DNA of 64,000 nucleotides from Pseudomonadota bacterium (GTDB lineage Bacteria; Myxococcota; JACRCW01; JAFGSX01): NCBI GenBank assembly GCA_043821645.1, contig JBDRCO010000065.1, positions 1 to 64,000 of the forward strand, read 5' to 3'. Shown piece by piece: positions 59,567 to 64,000 of this stretch (position 1 is its first letter; each line of letters starts with the position of its first letter). The notes under the pieces were generated by a model. It saw only the letters and a program-made list of their open reading frames with translations, ran no database searches and was not told where the DNA came from. The position numbers and the translations under genes were made by a program.

Positions 59567-62146
59567 ATGTCGACGTGCCGCGAGATCACCGAGCTGCTGT
59601 CGCAATCCCTGGATGGACAGCTCGGCCAGAAGGATCGCATCGAGGTGCGCCGGCACCTGATGAACTGTGCCGCCTGCACGCGCGTCCAGCAGCAGCTGAT
59701 GACGGTGCGAGGCCTGGTGCGGCAGCACCGGGACTCGGTCGAGGGCGGAGGCATCGGCGAGAATGTGCGCCTGCCTCCGGCCGCGCGCCAGCGCATCGCC
59801 GCCACCCTGGCCGCATCTGCGAGCCAGACGCCGGGCCTGGACACGGAAGCCGTGGCGACGGAAATTGCCGGACCGCCGAGCGCCCCCCGGGCCGCCGCAC
59901 CACGCCCGGAGCCGACACCGAACGCCATCCAGGTGTTCGTGTTCCGGGATGGCGCCTTCGTCGGAACCGAGGTCGCGACGGGTACGCGCCTGGAGATCGG
60001 TCGCGACCTGACCTGCGATGTGGTGCTCAGCGACGATCTGGTGTCCCGACGTCATGCAGCGGTGACGCTGTTCAGACAGCAGCTCTACGTCGAGGACCTC
60101 AGCAGCTCCAACGGGACCTATGTCAGCGGACAGGCCATCGCGACGCGCCAGCCCATCTCGCACCGGGACGACGTGGGCATCGGGCGCCATGCCCTCAAGT
60201 TCAAGCTGCTTGGTCTGGTCGAGGAGGACGAGGCCGCTCCGACGATGGCCGCCGCCGACTATCCCGAGGTCACGGAGCGCGACCACATCGAGGCCATCGC
60301 CGCGGCACGACCGTCGCCGGAGGCTGCGCAGATCTTCGATGCCCTGGTCGAGAGTGACGCCACCGATTCCGACCCCCCACCTCGGGTCCGGCCACAGTCG
60401 ACCTATGAGCGGACGGATCGCGAGCCGTCGTACGATCCCCCTGCCGTGGCGCCGCCACCGCCCCCCGCTCCACCTCCCGCTCGCGAGCTCCTGCGCCCCG
60501 CCTTCGCACCGGTACCCGCGACCCCGGGGCCCAACCCCATGCTGGACGAGATGGTGGTCTCCGGGGACCTGTCCGACGAGGAGACCAGCCTCAGCGACCC
60601 CTATGGCAGCCTGCCGCCGATCGAGCGACCGGATGTCGAGGCGCTGCGAAACCGCGTGCAGGCTGCGACGGCCGACGCCAGGGAGCCTGCGCCACCCCGC
60701 GCCCTGGAACCGGACGAGACCGACGAGGATTTCGACCCCGACGATCTGCCGGCACCTTTCTCCCTGTTCGAGAACCTGCTGCGGGAGAACTTTCAGGGTG
60801 GGCGAGTCCCCCAGCAGGCCCGCGCTCACGTCGAGGTCATCCGCTACCAGGATCAAGTCGTGCATGACCTCACGGCCCTCGCGCCCGGCCAGCAGTTCGT
60901 GGTGGGGCGTGGCCTGGGTCGGGGTGTCCACGAGAGCGGGACCCCGGCCAACCTGCGCCTGGTGCGCGTTCATAAGAAGGGCAGCGCCGAGATCACGGTG
61001 CTGCGCACCTTTGATGGCAAGGTGCGGCTCGGCTCGCAGTCACGCAATCTGCGCGACGCGGCAACCTGGGACGGCGACCGCGGCAGCTTTGCACTGCAAC
61101 GCGGCGACATGGCCAATCTGCAGATCGGGGTCGAGAGCTACTTCGTGCGCTTTGCCCAGGCCCCGGACGTGGAGCGGCAGATCAGCGCGCGCGGGCGCCG
61201 CAGCAAGGACGAGGCACGCGAGCTGAGGGGTCTGCTGGTCAGCCTGCTGTCGTCGGGCGCAGGGCACGCGCTGATACTGATAGGTCTGTTCGTGGCCGGG
61301 CTCGTCTCGCCCTCGCAGCTGGCCACCAACCTCGACGAGGACCGCTTCGTGCAAATGGACCAGAAGGATCTGGAGCTGGAGAAGCCACCCGAGGAGGAAC
61401 CGCCCGTCGAGGAGGCCGCCCCCGAGGAGGAGGCTCCTGCCGAGGAGGCGCCCCCACCCGAGAAAGAACCACCCAAGCGCTCCCCCCGCCCCCAACGGCC
61501 AACCAACCCGGAGGCCAAGAGCCCCAAGCCAGGCATCCTCGCGGCCCTGGGCAAGATTCCCAAGGTCGGCGGCGCCGCAGGGAGCCAGACCCTGACCGCA
61601 GCGGTGTCCAACCTCGATGCCGTCAAGGTGCCAGGTGGCGGCGGCTCGTACAAGGTCTCGGGCCTGATCGGAAAGGGTCCCACCAATCGGGTGCAGATCG
61701 GCGGTTCGGGGGGTGGAGTCTCCACCAAGGGCCTCAACTCCATCCTCCGCGAGGGCGGTGGGGGCCCCGGCAGCCTGAGCAAGCTCAAGAGCGGCACTGT
61801 GCGCGGGCGCCTGGTCAAGGCCACGCGGGCCTCGCGCACCCAGGGCAGCGGTGTGCTCGACCGCGCCGAGATCCAGAAGGTCGTCAACAAGGGTCTAGGA
61901 CAGATCCAGTTCTGCTACGAAAAGGAGCTGCTCAAGAACAACTCCCTGTCGGGCAAGGTCGTGTTCGAGTGGACCATAGGCCTCAACGGCAGCGTGCAGA
62001 TCGTCAAGACCACCACCTCGACGTTGAAGAGCCCGGCGGCAGTGCAGTGCATGATAGGCGCGGTCAAGGGCTGGAAGTTCCCGGCGCCGCGCGGAGGCAC
62101 GGTCATCGTGACCTACCCGTTCATCTTCAATGCGATGGGCTTCTGA
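59567..62146 (+). CDS. Fusion: zf-HC2 anti-sigma domain + FHA + TM + Pro/Glu linker + AgmX/PglI (TonB-C-like) domain
   Basis: C.E...LLS..LD..L...R..HLMNCAAC; IGR...D..L....VSRRHA...EDL.S.NGT; H.LIL TM; CYEKEL...LSGKV...W.I...G.V...C....V..W.FP.P.GG.V.V.YPFIF. Confidence 0.88.
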   Translation: MSTCREITELLSQSLDGQLGQKDRIEVRRHLMNCAACTRVQQQLMTVRGLVRQHRDSVEGGGIGENVRLPPAARQRIAATLAASASQTPGLDTEAVATEIAGPPSAPRAAAPRPEPTPNAIQVFVFRDGAFVGTEVATGTRLEIGRDLTCDVVLSDDLVSRRHAAVTLFRQQLYVEDLSSSNGTYVSGQAIATRQPISHRDDVGIGRHALKFKLLGLVEEDEAAPTMAAADYPEVTERDHIEAIAAARPSPEAAQIFDALVESDATDSDPPPRVRPQSTYERTDREPSYDPPAVAPPPPPAPPPARELLRPAFAPVPATPGPNPMLDEMVVSGDLSDEETSLSDPYGSLPPIERPDVEALRNRVQAATADAREPAPPRALEPDETDEDFDPDDLPAPFSLFENLLRENFQGGRVPQQARAHVEVIRYQDQVVHDLTALAPGQQFVVGRGLGRGVHESGTPANLRLVRVHKKGSAEITVLRTFDGKVRLGSQSRNLRDAATWDGDRGSFALQRGDMANLQIGVESYFVRFAQAPDVERQISARGRRSKDEARELRGLLVSLLSSGAGHALILIGLFVAGLVSPSQLATNLDEDRFVQMDQKDLELEKPPEEEPPVEEAAPEEEAPAEEAPPPEKEPPKRSPRPQRPTNPEAKSPKPGILAALGKIPKVGGAAGSQTLTAAVSNLDAVKVPGGGGSYKVSGLIGKGPTNRVQIGGSGGGVSTKGLNSILREGGGGPGSLSKLKSGTVRGRLVKATRASRTQGSGVLDRAEIQKVVNKGLGQIQFCYEKELLKNNSLSGKVVFEWTIGLNGSVQIVKTTTSTLKSPAAVQCMIGAVKGWKFPAPRGGTVIVTYPFIFNAMGF

Positions 62147-62153
62147 TTTTCTT

Positions 62154-62176
62154 GAGGGGGCGTCGTGCGCCCCCTC
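62154..62176. terminator. GC-rich hairpin (terminator or REP-like element)
   Basis: GAGGGGGCG-TCGTG-CGCCCCCTC just after the fusion-gene stop. Confidence 0.5.
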
Positions 62177-62353
62177 CCCACCCCGCCAGCGCTGTCAGGG
62201 ACACCTCGCCGCGCTTCGCTCGCTCGGTGCAGAGGCACTTTTGGGACCCGGAACTCGGGGAACAAGAACAGCGCGCCGACCGTCCCTGAGATTCGCTCGA
62301 TGAACGGCACTGCTGCCGAGGGGTGTATGCCGACGAATTTACTTCGGCGGCAG

Positions 62354-62410
62354 AGGGGACGGGCCGACCGTCCCCTGAAAGAGACAGGCCGACCGTCCCC
62401 TTGAAAAAAT
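62354..62410. repeat. Tandemly duplicated hairpin (probable terminator pair)
   Basis: AGGGGACGG-GCCGA-CCGTCCCCT followed by near-copy GAGACAGGCCGACCGTCCCCTTGAAAAAA. Confidence 0.6.
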
Positions 62411-62413
62411 AGC

Positions 62414-63595
62414 CTACAGTACGCCGGGGAGACGAACGCTCAGGCCGCCTTGCAGCTTGGGTGCCTTGCCATCCGTGCAGCCGTCCGCGGTCGAGAACAC
62501 CAGCTCGATGCGCTGACCCTGCACGCCCTCGTTGTCGGTGGGAACGATGATGATGGGATCGCCGATCTGCACGTTCTTGAGGTTGAGGTTGATCGTGCGG
62601 TCGTCGCTGACCTGGACCGTGAAGCTCTCGTTGGAGCGCATGTTGTGCACGTGCAGGCTGGTGCGGGGCTCGATGGCGTTCTCGGCGACCAGGCTGACGC
62701 TGCGCAGGAAGGCGTTGATGGTCTGGATGTCCTGAACGGCCAGGATGCCATCGGCCTTGGCCGGGTCGCGGTGGTACGCGGTCTCGAAGCGCGTGAACAG
62801 CTCGGGATTCTTGGCCAGGGCGGTCGCGGCATCGCGCGCGTCCTGCGGGATGTTGGTGTTGTCGATGATGAGCTTGAGATCGTCGCGGGTGAAGCTGTCC
62901 TTGCCGGTGTGCTGCTTGATCAGGTTCCAGGCGTTACCGAGGGACTGGCTCAGCTTCTTGTCCTCGTCGCTGAAGCGATTGTCCTCGACCAGCTTGAGCC
63001 CCTTCTCGAGCACCAGCGGCGGTCGCGTGTCGTTGACGGCCTTGGCGACGATGTTCTTGCGCGCCGCCTCACCGTCGAGGGCGCTGAGCTGGCCACCGCG
63101 GGTGTCAACGCGGTTGCCGTCGATGTTCTCGCGCACCATGCCATTGGCCCAGTCATCGGGCTCGAGCTCGATGGTGATGTGGCCCGAAGCATTGCCGGCC
63201 TGATCCATGGCGCGCACCTGCAGGATGTCGCCGGGCTTGAGCCCCAGCTTCTCCATCTGCTCCATGTTCAGGTAGACCGAGGCCGTGCGGTTGTGCACGT
63301 CGCGGCCAGTGAGCTCGAGGCTCAGCACATCGGCCTTGGTGTCGAAGCTGGCGTCGGGCTTGGCCGAGAGGTTGATGAACTGCAGCTTGGTACCGAGCTC
63401 GACGTTGTTGAACTCGAAGTAGGCGGGATCGCGAGTGGCCGGGCGGGCCGTGCCGCCGGTGTTGCCGAAGAACTGCGCATCGTCCTTGGCGCGCTCGAAG
63501 GCCATGGCACGCACCAGACCGGGTGTCGGCGGAGCCGTGGTGTCCTTGGGCATGCAGTTGTGGCCGACCTGACCGGAACCCTGGATCGTCGTCAT
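62414..63595 (-). CDS. Hypothetical protein: two Ig-like domains with a helical insertion, no signal peptide
   Basis: AAGGAG RBS; strong codon bias; GD.L.V.A.D.AGNAS and IEP.T...V.N.R...GDPI.I.P.D..G Ig-like motifs. Confidence 0.8.
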   Translation of the reverse strand: MTTIQGSGQVGHNCMPKDTTAPPTPGLVRAMAFERAKDDAQFFGNTGGTARPATRDPAYFEFNNVELGTKLQFINLSAKPDASFDTKADVLSLELTGRDVHNRTASVYLNMEQMEKLGLKPGDILQVRAMDQAGNASGHITIELEPDDWANGMVRENIDGNRVDTRGGQLSALDGEAARKNIVAKAVNDTRPPLVLEKGLKLVEDNRFSDEDKKLSQSLGNAWNLIKQHTGKDSFTRDDLKLIIDNTNIPQDARDAATALAKNPELFTRFETAYHRDPAKADGILAVQDIQTINAFLRSVSLVAENAIEPRTSLHVHNMRSNESFTVQVSDDRTINLNLKNVQIGDPIIIVPTDNEGVQGQRIELVFSTADGCTDGKAPKLQGGLSVRLPGVL

Positions 63596-63734
63596 GGGTA
63601 TCTCCTTGGCGATGGCATGTCTTCGGTAGTAATCCCGGGACGTCTTATAGACCGCCTCACCCCAATTTGGCGAGACGCCCTGTCACCGGGACGCCGGTGA
63701 TGCTCCGCGGTCGCACAACAATGAAAAGAAAATC

Positions 63735-64000
63735 TCAGTCATCTCCCAGTACACCGCGGATGGGATGTGTGAGCGCCGGCACGCCGGAGTCCGCGCGACC
63801 GTCCGGCCGGCTGGAGTCGAAGACCAGCTCGACGGGTGCGCCCACCTCCCCTTGATCATCGTGAGGCACCAGCAGCAGAGGATCGCCTTCGTGCACCTCC
63901 GCCAGCTCGTAGTCGACGCGCCTGTCATCCCCCACCCGGATCAACCACACGCGTCCGCTGCGCTGGTTCTGCACCTCGATGGTGGAGCGAGGCTCGATGG
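63735..64000 (-). CDS. Partial paralogue of the 62414-63595 protein (C-terminal end only)
   Basis: Frame open to the window edge: IEPRSTIEVQNQRS...VGDDR...GDPLLLVPHDDQG..G..VELVF...DG aligns with the neighbour's C-terminus. Confidence 0.75.
   Translation of the reverse strand, partial: IEPRSTIEVQNQRSGRVWLIRVGDDRRVDYELAEVHEGDPLLLVPHDDQGEVGAPVELVFDSSRPDGRADSGVPALTHPIRGVLGDD

Overview
GC-rich bacterial chromosomal window with a myxobacterial/deltaproteobacterial gene content (inferred from DUF4388, FHA-GAF-sigma54 activator, giant TPR protein, AgmX/PglI-like domain and a VegA-like protein). Housekeeping genes: mreB, tgt, queA, SpoIID/LytB, proS, recQ, a divergent EF-G paralogue, a lipid/CoA-metabolism cluster, tRNA-Lys(UUU), tRNA-Glu(UUC) and a stand-alone rpmJ-rpsM-rpsK-rpsD-rpoA-rplQ operon. 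I found no CRISPR array, integrase or transposase. Best candidates for undescribed systems: (1) a tightly coupled 5-gene operon lying between queA and tgt (about 42-Cys double-FGE-fold lipoprotein, TPR+beta-barrel outer-membrane protein, Cys-less rhodanese, MauE/DoxX, DsbA-like), which looks like a dedicated oxidative-folding and surface-export module; (2) an ECF sigma factor whose zinc anti-sigma domain is fused to an FHA-TM-TonB-like (GltG/PglI-like) protein; (3) a Ser/Thr kinase-TPR-FHA/sigma54-activator operon flanked on both sides by a TGACA-N4-TGTC(A/G) palindrome, with a downstream sigma54 promoter; (4) a degenerate PIN-PhoH gene coupled to an orphan partner; (5) a secreted protein made of nine C-x-MGSDG-xxx-C hairpins. 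Family assignments come from motif recognition by eye, not database searches.
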